Positions 39,639 to 49,721 of a stretch of DNA of 55,898 nucleotides are shown here, one piece after another. The stretch spans positions 274,492 through 330,389 of the forward strand of contig JANPJR010000030.1 of NCBI GenBank assembly GCA_031425615.1, in the 5' to 3' direction. Below the pieces are notes generated by a model. The model made no database searches. It had not been told where the DNA came from and saw only the letters and a program-made list of their open reading frames with translations. Source of the DNA: Cytophagales bacterium. Its GTDB lineage: Bacteria > Bacteroidota > Bacteroidia > Cytophagales > Microscillaceae. The translations under genes and the position numbers were made by a program. Every line of letters starts with the position of its first letter. The stretch's first letter is position 1.

Positions 39639-40463
39639 TCACCCTTTAGAGTTTAAAGGACTTTCCAAAGGCAATGAAAAACCAGAAGCGTTGCGGTGTC
39701 CTCCTCCTTTGAAATGTTTGCAAATCACAGACACATCAAAATCACCCACAGAACGCAAACTAAAACTTCTTTTGTCTTGTGTATCAAAATACACAACTGC
39801 AAAAGCACGCTCAGGGTACATATTACAAAGTTGGTTGCCTATTTCACTTTGTAAGGTTGGACTATTGACGATAGGCACTTCATAATCTAATAATTTCTCA
39901 AAACGCACATTTTCACAAATTTTATTTACTAATTTTTGTTGATAACGCAATAATATTTCGCCTTCTTGTATTACATTTTGCACGTTAATTTTTTGCCAAA
40001 CATCAAAATCAAAGTCATACACACGCAAACCTGCAGAAAATTCTTTTGATTTTGGCAATTCAAATTTCCAAATATCTTTATCTTCAATATACAACAACAA
40101 TTCAGGCACCGCTTTTTCAGGAAATAAATATTGCCATGTAAGCACCGCTCCGCTATGTGTCATGTCAAAGTGTGCTTCTACATATGGATAAGTTTCTTTG
40201 GGAAATTGCTGAAAACTATTGTAAGCGGTTTGGTGATGGTCTATAATGGTAATTTTGTTGGCACGCAATGCAAGTGCTATCAAAGTAGGATTGTCATAAC
40301 AAAAATCCACCATCAATACTTCCGCATTCATTGGAATATCAGGGTAAGGTGTTCCGTGCATCACAGGGAAATAAGTGGCATTATCGCCCCATTTTTGCCA
40401 AATAGCAAACGCAGCACCAAATCCATCTGGGCATTGTGCGTGATAAAATACGTATTTTTTCAT
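39639..40463 (-). CDS. DHH-family phosphoesterase (short NrnA-like)
   Basis: YHAQCPDGFGAA (motif I/II), IIDHHQ (DHH motif), C-terminal KHFKGGGHRNASG (DHHA1 GGGH). Confidence 0.7.
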   Translation of the reverse strand: MKKYVFYHAQCPDGFGAAFAIWQKWGDNATYFPVMHGTPYPDIPMNAEVLMVDFCYDNPTLIALALRANKITIIDHHQTAYNSFQQFPKETYPYVEAHFDMTHSGAVLTWQYLFPEKAVPELLLYIEDKDIWKFELPKSKEFSAGLRVYDFDFDVWQKINVQNVIQEGEILLRYQQKLVNKICENVRFEKLLDYEVPIVNSPTLQSEIGNQLCNMYPERAFAVVYFDTQDKRSFSLRSVGDFDVSVICKHFKGGGHRNASGFSLPLESPLNSKG

Positions 40464-40524
40464 GTTTAAAACATAAATTTAAGCAAATTTACAAAACTGA
40501 TAACTCAAAAACTGATAACTTGAA

Positions 40525-40920
40525 TTATTTAACAATTCTTTTCATAATATATTGAAAAAATCCTTGCACAAGTTTTTTCAAAGTTTGGGGGCTTCTTTTG
40601 ATAACAAATAACAAAATACCCAGCACAAATAAATGTCCAAATGCTACTAATGCAAAACCAATATATAAATTATTAAAATAAGTATTGAGGTAAAAAGCAA
40701 GTGCAAGATTTACAAATAGTAAAAAAATACCCAAAAACACGACTGTAAGCCCCAATTCCAAAAAAATTATGCTCAAACGCGCAATTTTTTCTTCTGTATC
40801 AAGTTTTAATAATTCCAACTGAACATCTATATAATCGTACAGATTTTCTACGATTTTCGGTTTTTTAAAAAGTCCCAAAGCAAGAAATATTTTTTTAGGT
40901 TTTATAATAATTTCAATCAT
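40525..40920 (-). CDS. hypothetical small membrane protein
   Basis: 131 aa, three hydrophobic helices. Confidence 0.35.
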   Translation of the reverse strand: MIEIIIKPKKIFLALGLFKKPKIVENLYDYIDVQLELLKLDTEEKIARLSIIFLELGLTVVFLGIFLLFVNLALAFYLNTYFNNLYIGFALVAFGHLFVLGILLFVIKRSPQTLKKLVQGFFQYIMKRIVK

Positions 40921-41016
40921 TAAAAGATTGATTTTATTGCAAAGATAAATAATTTTAATTTGTACGACTACAATTTATAACTGTAATTTTTAATTTTGCT
41001 CAATTTTAAAAAATCC

Positions 41017-42138
41017 TTAATTCGGTTTTTGGACAGGCATTAAGATTTGCTGTTGTTGTTTGTAATATGCTTTTTGGATAGAGTCATTGATGCGATACAT
41101 TTTTTCTTGGTAAATTTCGTTTTTGATACGCCAAAACCATTCTGAGGCAACCATATTATTAGGCTCCAATTTTAGGCATTTTTCCAATTCTTTTACCGCA
41201 TCTGCTTTTTTGCCCAAACTGTAATATGTAAGTCCTAAATAATATTTGGTAGGGGCATGTGATTTTTGGATATTATTAACCGTTTCCAAATATTTTTGGG
41301 CGTCTTTCAAACGCCATTTGTCATAAGCATATTTTCCGAGTTGAAATGCAGAAAACCATGATTGGTTATTGTATTGAAATGCTTTTTGGTAATAAAAATT
41401 GGCACTGTCTTCTGCAAACCTCTTCAAGCGAAACGACTCTGCTTTGCTAAAATATAAAGCACTTGACACAGGATTTAGTTTTATGCCTTTGTTAGCATAG
41501 AGAATAGCGGTGTTATACATTTCAAATTTATTAAAAAGTTCTGCATAACTGTTAAATACTTCTGGATAATTAGGTTTGTATTTTAAGGCGTACGCTAAAT
41601 TTTTGAGGGCATTCCCGCTATCCAAGCGTGCAATTTCCACATTTGCTTTCCAAAAATACGCTTTTGCATTTTTTCCAGTTATTTTTAAGGCACGATTAAG
41701 TGCTTTGATTGCTTGGTCATATTGTTTTAATTTGTAATGCAATTCTCCTGCAAGCAACAATACTTCCACATAATTTTCATCAATATTTCTTAATTTATTC
41801 AGGGCTTTCAGGGCTTCGGTATTTTGGTTGATATTGCGGTATATTTCTGCAAGTGTAATAAAATACATATTTTGTGTGCTGTCATATTTCAATGCTTTTT
41901 GCATACTTTCCAATGCCAATGTATCTTTTTTGTTGCGAAGATGATACAAAGCCATTTGATAATGTGTATTTGAATTTTCGGGATATGCTGATGTAGCCTC
42001 TTCCAATGCTTTATAAATGACTACATTACTAAGATTTTGGGGCGTTGGAATGGCTTGTATTTGGTCGTTGCTTGGATTGTATCTATCACATGCCCACAAA
42101 AACATTGTACCTATTAAAATAAAAAAAAATGATTTCAT
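41017..42138 (-). CDS. TPR-repeat lipoprotein
   Basis: Signal plus Cys (LWACDRY), multiple TPR-like A-x-x-Y/F repeats. Confidence 0.65.
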   Translation of the reverse strand: MKSFFFILIGTMFLWACDRYNPSNDQIQAIPTPQNLSNVVIYKALEEATSAYPENSNTHYQMALYHLRNKKDTLALESMQKALKYDSTQNMYFITLAEIYRNINQNTEALKALNKLRNIDENYVEVLLLAGELHYKLKQYDQAIKALNRALKITGKNAKAYFWKANVEIARLDSGNALKNLAYALKYKPNYPEVFNSYAELFNKFEMYNTAILYANKGIKLNPVSSALYFSKAESFRLKRFAEDSANFYYQKAFQYNNQSWFSAFQLGKYAYDKWRLKDAQKYLETVNNIQKSHAPTKYYLGLTYYSLGKKADAVKELEKCLKLEPNNMVASEWFWRIKNEIYQEKMYRINDSIQKAYYKQQQQILMPVQKPN

Positions 42139-42301
42139 GCGTTTTGTTAAAGTTTTTGGATTTTCTTAAAAGAAAAAAGGGATAATATTCTGCTATTTAC
42201 TAAGTTTTTTCCAAAAAAATGCTGTTTTTTCCAAAAAAAAATCTACCTTCGTAAAAAAATTATGCAAAAAAATCCTTTACAAAAATAAATTATTTTTAAC
42301 A

Positions 42302-43030
42302 ATGGCAATATTATTTAATGTAGATGGCAGTATTGCCAGCATAGATGACGATACGCCTGACAAGGCTATTATTGGCAAACAAGAAGTACCTTTTATTTCG
42401 GGAGCCCAACTTCGCAGTTATGCTGCAACTGTGTATTCTGAATCTTCGCACAATGGTATTTTACAGTTTGTAGCACCAAACGACCCTGCAAGAGAAATGC
42501 AAAGGGAAACTTTTGCCATTGCTTATAGCATGTATAGTTACGCATTAGCCAAAAGTGCAGCATTCAAAAAAGCAAAAAGAAGCTACGGACTTGCAGATTT
42601 GCTTGTAGACAGCAATTACACAAAAGGTATCAACAGCCCACAACACCAAGAATATTTTGGCACAGGAGGCGATGAAACACGCAGAAGACAAGCAACACTC
42701 GCAGTCATCAAATTATTTACTAAACAAACAACTGACGTAAGTGATATTATCCAAACACTGCAAGGAGGCGGATATTGGGACGGTAGCGATATTTTTCGCA
42801 AATTCCCTGACCATTATCGTTGTAGGCAAGGTTTTGAACTAAGCAACGCAATACATGGCGATTTGTATAAAAATGTTCCAAAAGTGAATAAAACCATACA
42901 ATCTTGCCCAGCAACTGATGCAAAAGTATCTGCACAACGTCAATTTACATTTTTATCTACCATGACCGCAGGCGGAACAATATTTTTCAAACTTCACCCA
43001 AACGCACTTGCACAAGGCGTAACGTGGTAA
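42302..43030 (+). CDS. hypothetical protein (no signal peptide, no motifs)
   Basis: 242-aa ORF whose DNA looks more G+C-rich than its surroundings. Confidence 0.4.
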   Translation: MAILFNVDGSIASIDDDTPDKAIIGKQEVPFISGAQLRSYAATVYSESSHNGILQFVAPNDPAREMQRETFAIAYSMYSYALAKSAAFKKAKRSYGLADLLVDSNYTKGINSPQHQEYFGTGGDETRRRQATLAVIKLFTKQTTDVSDIIQTLQGGGYWDGSDIFRKFPDHYRCRQGFELSNAIHGDLYKNVPKVNKTIQSCPATDAKVSAQRQFTFLSTMTAGGTIFFKLHPNALAQGVTW

Positions 43031-43036
43031 AAAGCT

Positions 43037-43090
43037 TAACCTTTGAACTTTGAACTTTAACCCTTGAACTTTGAACTTTTTAAACCTATA
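43037..43090. repeat. GTTCAAAGG-family tandem array (TTGAACTTT orientation)
   Basis: cctttgaactttgaactttaacccttgaactttgaacttttt. Confidence 0.7.
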
Positions 43091-43095
43091 AAAAC

Positions 43096-43446
43096 ATGGG
43101 AACAATAACCTTAGAAGGTTTGGAATTTTTTGCATATCATGGTTTTTTTAAAGAAGAACGCAAAATTGGCAATAAATTTAGTGTGGATTTGACGATTGAA
43201 GTTGATTTTTCGGAAGCTGCACAACACGACAAACTCTCTGCTACGATTGATTATGGAAAATTGTACGAAATCGTGGAAAAAATCATGCAAAAACCCGCCA
43301 AACTTTTGGAACATTTGGCACAAAATATTGTCCTGACGGTTAAAACACAATATCCACAAATAAAAAGCGTGGAAGTAAGCGTAGCAAAACATAATCCGCC
43401 TGTTGGTGGTGTGTGCAAATGGGCAAAAATTAGATTGAAAGGATAG
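43096..43446 (+). CDS. folB: dihydroneopterin aldolase
   Basis: MGTITLEGLEFFAYHGFFKEERKIGNKFSVDL...IDYGKLYEIV... is the FolB signature; 116 aa. Confidence 0.85.
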   Translation: MGTITLEGLEFFAYHGFFKEERKIGNKFSVDLTIEVDFSEAAQHDKLSATIDYGKLYEIVEKIMQKPAKLLEHLAQNIVLTVKTQYPQIKSVEVSVAKHNPPVGGVCKWAKIRLKG

Positions 43447-43556
43447 AAATTTTTGTTTTCTAATACTTTTTTTTAATGTTTTTTAAAAAATTGCTAAAAA
43501 AATTATAATTAAAACATAATTAAAGTGTAATTTTGCAAAAATTTTAAAGAAAAACC

Positions 43557-45959
43557 ATGCTCTATCCCGAAAACTTAGAAGTAAAATTAGGCTTTGACAA
43601 AATAAGAGAAATGCTCAAACAAGAATGTGTAAGCATTTTGGGGCAAAATTTTGTGGATAAAATCCAATTTTCAAACCAATACGACATCATTGATAAATTT
43701 GCAAAACAAACTGAGGAATTTTGCCAAATTATTACCCAAAATGAGGGCTTTCCCCAACAAAATTATATCAATGTGCATGATGCACTCACAAAGGCAGTGC
43801 CTGAAAATGCGTTTCTTGCAGAACAAGATTTTTTTGATTTAAAACTTTCGCTTTCTACCATTAATGATTGTATCAAGTTTTTTAAAAAAAGACCTGAGCA
43901 ATACCTTGTTTTAAGAAATTTGATAAAAGACCTCGTTTTTGAAGCGGATTTAATTGATAAAATTGAACTCGTAATTGACGAAAGAGGCAAAATACGTGAT
44001 AATGCGTCCTTTGAACTAAGGCGTATTCGTACAGCTTTGTATGGTGCGCAAGGACAACTTCGCAAACGCTTAGAAACGATACTAAAATCTGCCAAATCAC
44101 AAGGTTTTATCCAAGAAGATGCAAATCTTACGCTTAGAGATGGACGACTTGTAATCCCTGTGCAAGCAGAACACAAACGTAAAATCAAGGGTTTTGTGCA
44201 TGATGAATCTGCGTCTGGGCAGACCGTTTTTTTGGAGCCCGCAGAGATCATTGACATGAACAATGAAATAAGGGAATTGGAATACGCAGAACGTAGAGAA
44301 ATCATCAAAATATTGACAGAACTTACAAATACATTGCGTCCTCATATTCCTGCATTGCGAAAAGCATATCATTTCTTAGGTACAATAGATTTTATACGTG
44401 CTAAGGCAAAATTTGCCCTTAAAACCAAATCTATCAACCCACTTTTTGAAAAAAAATCTTTCCTAAAATGGTTTAAGGCATTTCACCCTTTGCTTTGGCT
44501 ACGCCTCAAAGAGCAAAATAAAGAAATTGAGCCTTTAAATATTACATTAGAAAATGATAAACGTATTTTGCTTATTTCAGGCCCTAATGCAGGTGGAAAA
44601 TCCATAGCATTAAAAACGGTTGGTTTGTTACAATATATGTACCAATGCGGTTTGCTAATTCCAGTGGCAGAAGGCTCACAAATGGGTATTTTTCAAGATA
44701 TTTTTATTGATTTGGGTGATGAACAATCCTTAGAAAATGACCTAAGTACATACAGTTCGCACCTTAAAAATATGTTGCATTTTACCAAATTTGCAGATGC
44801 AAAAAGTCTTTTGTTGATAGATGAATTTGGCACAGGTACAGAGCCACAAGTAGGTGGAGCGATTGCACAAGCCATTTTAGAGAAATTAAATCAATCTAAA
44901 AGTTTTGGCGTTATTACCACGCATTATGCAAATTTAAAGTTTTTTGCAGAACAAACCGTAGGAATTATCAATGGTGCAATGCAATTTGACAATGAACACC
45001 TGGAACCACTCTATCGCTTAGAAATGGGAAAACCTGGTAGTTCTTATGCCTTTGAAATTGCCCAAAAAATAGGACTGCCACAACAACTTATCCAAAATGG
45101 TAAAAAATATGCAGGTGTAGAACAGGTTTCTGTGGATAAACTTTTGAGGGAATTGGAGTTAGAAAAAAATCATTTCCAAAACCAAAACCAACGCCTTGAA
45201 GAAAAAGAAAAACAACTTAATAACCTCACTTCTGAATATGAAAAACTAAAAACGTATTTGGATACAGAGAAAAAACGCATCTTAAACCAAGCAAAAGCAG
45301 AAGCACAAGTCCTCGTAAAATCTGCTAAAACACGCATTGAAAATACCATTAAGGAAATAAAAGATAGCCAAGCAGAACAAGAAAAAGTTAAAACTTCACG
45401 CAAAAATTTGGACGATTTTGCTAAAACTGTAAAACCTGAAGAAGGTTTTTCTGCTATACAATCTGTGGAAGATGAAGATGTAGAAATATTGGCAGGCGAC
45501 ATCAAAATTGGTAATATGGTGCGTATTATTGGTCAAACCGCTATCGGAGAAGTAATTGGCATTAGGAATAAAACCGTTGAAATTAGTTTTAATGGTTTGA
45601 GAAGTGATGTAAAAATGGATAAATTAGAAAAGGTAAACCGCAAAATGGTAAGAGAACAGAAAAAAGAAATCCAGAAAAATTTTGGTGGATTTGATTTTTT
45701 GGAAAAATCAATGAATTTTAACCCAAGATTAGACATCAGAGGCAAAAGAGCAGAAGAAGTCCTATTTATTTTGGGTGATTTTATAGATGATGCCCTACTT
45801 ACAAGCACCAAAGAACTCACTATTATTCATGGCAGAGGCGATGGTATTCTTCGCCAAATTGTACGCGATACCCTCAAAAAATACAATAAAGTACGCTCCA
45901 TGAAAGATGAACACGCTGACAGAGGTGGCGATGGCGTTACAATTGTATTATTGGATTAA
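43557..45959 (+). CDS. mutS2: endonuclease MutS2 (MutS ATPase domain plus C-terminal Smr domain)
   Basis: Walker A ISGPNAGGKS, ...LLLIDEFGTGTEP..., Smr ...LDIRGKRAEEVLFILGDFIDDA...IIHGRGDGILR; 800 aa. Confidence 0.9.
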   Translation: MLYPENLEVKLGFDKIREMLKQECVSILGQNFVDKIQFSNQYDIIDKFAKQTEEFCQIITQNEGFPQQNYINVHDALTKAVPENAFLAEQDFFDLKLSLSTINDCIKFFKKRPEQYLVLRNLIKDLVFEADLIDKIELVIDERGKIRDNASFELRRIRTALYGAQGQLRKRLETILKSAKSQGFIQEDANLTLRDGRLVIPVQAEHKRKIKGFVHDESASGQTVFLEPAEIIDMNNEIRELEYAERREIIKILTELTNTLRPHIPALRKAYHFLGTIDFIRAKAKFALKTKSINPLFEKKSFLKWFKAFHPLLWLRLKEQNKEIEPLNITLENDKRILLISGPNAGGKSIALKTVGLLQYMYQCGLLIPVAEGSQMGIFQDIFIDLGDEQSLENDLSTYSSHLKNMLHFTKFADAKSLLLIDEFGTGTEPQVGGAIAQAILEKLNQSKSFGVITTHYANLKFFAEQTVGIINGAMQFDNEHLEPLYRLEMGKPGSSYAFEIAQKIGLPQQLIQNGKKYAGVEQVSVDKLLRELELEKNHFQNQNQRLEEKEKQLNNLTSEYEKLKTYLDTEKKRILNQAKAEAQVLVKSAKTRIENTIKEIKDSQAEQEKVKTSRKNLDDFAKTVKPEEGFSAIQSVEDEDVEILAGDIKIGNMVRIIGQTAIGEVIGIRNKTVEISFNGLRSDVKMDKLEKVNRKMVREQKKEIQKNFGGFDFLEKSMNFNPRLDIRGKRAEEVLFILGDFIDDALLTSTKELTIIHGRGDGILRQIVRDTLKKYNKVRSMKDEHADRGGDGVTIVLLD

Positions 45960-45960
45960 A

Positions 45961-46050
45961 GCCCCCTAACCCCCAAAGGGTGAATTAAAATTAAATTTAC
46001 ACATAAAATTATACATCAAAGGCTATTTACTCCCCTTTGGGCTGGGGGCT
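45961..46050 (+). terminator. long stem-loop terminator element (gccccctaacccccaaaggg ... cccctttgggctgggggc)
   Basis: Two GC-rich arms that are reverse complements of each other flank about 50 bp of AT-rich DNA, 3' of mutS2. The left arm equals the 9476-9500 element. Confidence 0.45.
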
Positions 46051-46059
46051 ATTTTTACC

Positions 46060-46836
46060 ATGTCTTATTTCATAGATACACACACACATTTATTTTCTGA
46101 ACAATTTGCATACGATATTGATGCAGTTGTGCAAAATGCTCTTTCACAAGGCGTTCAAAAAATGGTTTTGCCTAATATTGACAGTGAAACCATAAACGCA
46201 ATGTTGGCTTTGAGCGAAAAATATCCAAAAAATTGCTTCCCAACGATTGGGCTTCACCCTTGTCATGTCAAAGAAAATTTTGAAGAAGAATTACAAATTG
46301 TAGCGGATTATTTACAAAAATATCCAAATTTTTGTGCCATTGGCGAAATGGGGACAGATTTGCATTGGGACAAAACTTTTTGGGAACAGCAAAAAATTGC
46401 TTTCAAATACCAAGTTGAACTCGCCAAAAAATACGATTTACCTATTATTATTCATTGTAGAGAATCTGTAAATGAAACCTTAGAAATGCTCTCAACATTG
46501 CAAGATGGCACTTTGCGTGGTGTTTTCCATTGTTTTACAGGTAGTACGCAAACTGCTGAGAAAATTATACAACTTGGTGGATTTATGATGGGTATTGGTG
46601 GTGTGGCTACCTACAAAAAAAGCGGTTTGGACGAAGTATTACCACATATCCCACTTGAATATTTGGTTTTGGAAACAGATAGCCCATATTTATCGCCTAC
46701 ACCATACAGAGGCAAACGCAATGAAAGTGCTTATATTCCATTTATTGCCCAAAAATTAGCAGATTTCAAAGGCATTTCTATTCAAAAATTGCAAGAAATT
46801 ACTACGCGAAATGCAGAAAGGTTGTTTAGGATTTAG
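46060..46836 (+). CDS. tatD: TatD-family metal-dependent hydrolase/DNase
   Basis: MSYFIDTHTHL..., ...IGEMGTDLHW..., ...IIIHCRE..., ...VLETDSPYL. Confidence 0.9.
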   Translation: MSYFIDTHTHLFSEQFAYDIDAVVQNALSQGVQKMVLPNIDSETINAMLALSEKYPKNCFPTIGLHPCHVKENFEEELQIVADYLQKYPNFCAIGEMGTDLHWDKTFWEQQKIAFKYQVELAKKYDLPIIIHCRESVNETLEMLSTLQDGTLRGVFHCFTGSTQTAEKIIQLGGFMMGIGGVATYKKSGLDEVLPHIPLEYLVLETDSPYLSPTPYRGKRNESAYIPFIAQKLADFKGISIQKLQEITTRNAERLFRI

Positions 46837-47056
46837 GTTTTTCAGTATCCAGTTTTTTCAGTTTAAAATAAAGGATTTTATGTAGTATTTTTCGCTTTTT
46901 TTGTCATTGCATAGGAATCTGGCTCTCTTTTATTTTATCCTTTTTATTTTCAAAAATAAAATTACAGTTTATTGTAAATGCTTGTTATTTTTCGTTTTAA
47001 TTGAATACAAATGTAAGGAAACACGCTAAAAACTTCTTGCAAAAAATAGTATAATT

Positions 47057-48175
47057 ATGGCTAAGAAACGTCAAAAATCAGAATATTGCTTAAATTGTAA
47101 AACCGAACTTCCCGAAAATTATAATTTTTGTCCTGCTTGTGGGCAAGAAAACGACCAAAAAATAAAACCAATTACTTCCTATGTTGACGACTCTTTCCAT
47201 GATTGGTTTGCATTTGACAATCGTTTGTGGCGTAGTATTGTGCCTTTTTTGTTTCGCCCTGCATACCTAACCAAAGCCTATTCAGAAGGCAGAAGGCAAG
47301 ATTATATCACGCCTGTAAGGCTGTATTTGACCATGAGCGTATTATGTTTTTTTGCGTTATCGCTGGTTATTACAAGTAGTGTAGCAAATAGTGAAGCTAA
47401 TTTTAATACAAAACTTACAGATTTTGGCAAAGATGATACGCTCAAAATAAATAAAAAAGAAGTCAAAACAAAAGAACAACTAAAAGAAGATAGCCTAAAA
47501 AAAATAAAAAAAGCTAAAAAAGCCAAAAATAAACCACCCAGAGACAGCACCAAAAAGGAAAATAGTTTAAGTATTACAAGCGATAATGATGGTGGATTTT
47601 CTATTTTTGGCGAAAATATCAAAATAAAAGACCCAAAAAAAGCAAAAAAAATCCTTGATAGCAAAACACTCACACAAAAACAAAAAATGGATAGTCTCAA
47701 AATCAAAAATACATTTTGGAATTATCTTTTAGCAAAACAAATAACAAAAGTAGCTGAAAGCACCCCAAATGAACTATTCAACTATGTTATGAACAAGTTG
47801 CCTATTGTAATGTTTGTGTTGTTGCCTTTTTTTGCGTGGTTGTTGCACTTGTTTTATTTATTTTCTCGTAGAAAATACTATTATATTGAGAGTCTTGTTT
47901 TTACACTCCACACACACAGTTTTGTATTTTTTACATTTTTTATAGGCATACTTTTATCATTTTTTAACTTTGCAAATGATGATGTTGTGGGAATAATGTG
48001 GGGTTTAATTCTGCTTATCAATATGATTTATATTTTTGTTGCCCAAAAACGTTTTTATCAACAAGGATATATTCTTACCTTTATCAAATATAGTATTTAC
48101 AGTTTCTTGTATACAATCGTGCTTTTTTTAGGTTTATTTTTTGGTATTGCATTCACAATGTTGTTTTTTTATTAA
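47057..48175 (+). CDS. DUF3667-like zinc-ribbon membrane protein
   Basis: N-terminal CLNC...CPAC zinc ribbon, ...FRPAYLTKAYSEGRRQDYITPVRLYL... then a Lys-rich linker and C-terminal TM helices. Confidence 0.6.
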   Translation: MAKKRQKSEYCLNCKTELPENYNFCPACGQENDQKIKPITSYVDDSFHDWFAFDNRLWRSIVPFLFRPAYLTKAYSEGRRQDYITPVRLYLTMSVLCFFALSLVITSSVANSEANFNTKLTDFGKDDTLKINKKEVKTKEQLKEDSLKKIKKAKKAKNKPPRDSTKKENSLSITSDNDGGFSIFGENIKIKDPKKAKKILDSKTLTQKQKMDSLKIKNTFWNYLLAKQITKVAESTPNELFNYVMNKLPIVMFVLLPFFAWLLHLFYLFSRRKYYYIESLVFTLHTHSFVFFTFFIGILLSFFNFANDDVVGIMWGLILLINMIYIFVAQKRFYQQGYILTFIKYSIYSFLYTIVLFLGLFFGIAFTMLFFY

Positions 48176-48224
48176 AATTTGGCTTACATTCGCCTTTATT
48201 TTTCTTTAAAAAATCAAATACAAA

Positions 48225-49523
48225 ATGATTACCCAAGCCAATAAATCCTCAAACAAAAATACTGGCAGAGATACAGATATTACATTCAATGAAAAACTGA
48301 TTATTGGTGTGCTTGCAACACTTAATTTTACGCACATCATTGATTTTATGATAATGATGCCACTTGCTCCGCAACTCATGCGTATTTTTAATATTACGCC
48401 TCAAGAGTTTAGCATAGCGGTAGGAGCTTATACCATAAGTGCAGGCATTGTTGGTTTTTTATCTGCGTTTTTTGTAGATAGGTTAGACCGCAAAACAGTG
48501 CTTTTGGTGGGTTTTATAGGGTTTATTTTTGGGACTGCGGGTTGTGCTTTGGCATGGAATTATTGGGCTTTGGTAGCTTTTAGGGTATTTGCAGGAGGTT
48601 TTGGTGGGTTAATTAATACACAAACCAATAGTATTGTAGCAGATATTATCCCTTATGAAAAACGTGGCAAAGCTATGGGAATTTTGAGTATGGGCTTTTC
48701 TTTTGCGTCAGTTGTTGGCGTGCCTTTGGGCTTGTATATGGCTACTACATGGAATTGGCAGGTGCCTTTTTGGTTTATTGTAGTGCTTGGGTTGATATTT
48801 TTGCCTATTGCTATTTGGATAGTACCACAAGTAAGAGGGCATTTGAAACCAAAAGGCAATACATTAAAAACAAATGAAGGAGATAATAAAAATACAGGCA
48901 AAAAATCACCATTTATCATTGTTTCCCAAATAATCCAAAGTCCTATTCAATACACAGGCATTATGTTTATGGTGATGGTGGTGTTGGGACATTTTATTAC
49001 GATACCATTTTTTTCGCCTTACATGGTTGCTAATGTTGGTTTTACCGAAAAAGAACTTATTTACATTTATATGGTAGGCGGTGTTTTGACTTTGTTTACT
49101 TCACCTTTTGTGGGCAAATGGGCAGATAAATATGGTAAATTCAAAGTGTTAAATATTGCTTTGTTGTGTTCTTCTATTACCATTTTATTGATTACCAATT
49201 TTCCCAAAATGCCTTTTTATTATGCGTTACCATTCACAGGGCTATTTTTTATATTTGCAGGCGCAAGGCACATACCAGCCAACGCCATTAGTTCTAACCT
49301 TGTATCTTCTGCCCAAAGAGGGAGTTATTTGAGTATTGGAACATCTGTGCAACAATTAGCTATGGGTGTAGCGTCATTATTGGCGGGTTTTCTTGTACAC
49401 AAAAACGAAGACACAGGCATATTGATAGGCTACAATTATGTAGGAATTTTGTCTATATTATTTACCATCATTGCAGTTTATTTGGGTAATAAATTACAGA
49501 AAATCAGCCCCACAACAAAATAG
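48225..49523 (+). CDS. MFS transporter
   Basis: 432 aa, 12 predicted TM helices, ...FFVDRLDRKTVLL... motif-A-like loop. Confidence 0.8.
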   Translation: MITQANKSSNKNTGRDTDITFNEKLIIGVLATLNFTHIIDFMIMMPLAPQLMRIFNITPQEFSIAVGAYTISAGIVGFLSAFFVDRLDRKTVLLVGFIGFIFGTAGCALAWNYWALVAFRVFAGGFGGLINTQTNSIVADIIPYEKRGKAMGILSMGFSFASVVGVPLGLYMATTWNWQVPFWFIVVLGLIFLPIAIWIVPQVRGHLKPKGNTLKTNEGDNKNTGKKSPFIIVSQIIQSPIQYTGIMFMVMVVLGHFITIPFFSPYMVANVGFTEKELIYIYMVGGVLTLFTSPFVGKWADKYGKFKVLNIALLCSSITILLITNFPKMPFYYALPFTGLFFIFAGARHIPANAISSNLVSSAQRGSYLSIGTSVQQLAMGVASLLAGFLVHKNEDTGILIGYNYVGILSILFTIIAVYLGNKLQKISPTTK

Positions 49524-49721
49524 TTTCTAACTTTTTATTTTCTCCAAATTTAATAATTAACCCAAGTTACCAGTTTTTAAGTTATCAGTTAAAACACTTT
49601 TTCACACATTACTTTTTGTAAAAATGGGAAATAAAGTTAAAATACATAAAATTAGAAATTTCTGTAAATAAAGAAACAAACAAATAAAACAGCACATTAT
49701 TTATTAAAATACAGACTAAAA

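Noticed and set aside
43763-44308. 181-aa minus-strand ORF and several other 60-110-aa ORFs antisense to mutS2
   Set aside because: The MutS2 reading frame on the plus strand is fully supported. The antisense ORFs are Ser/Leu-rich artefacts of AT-rich codon bias.
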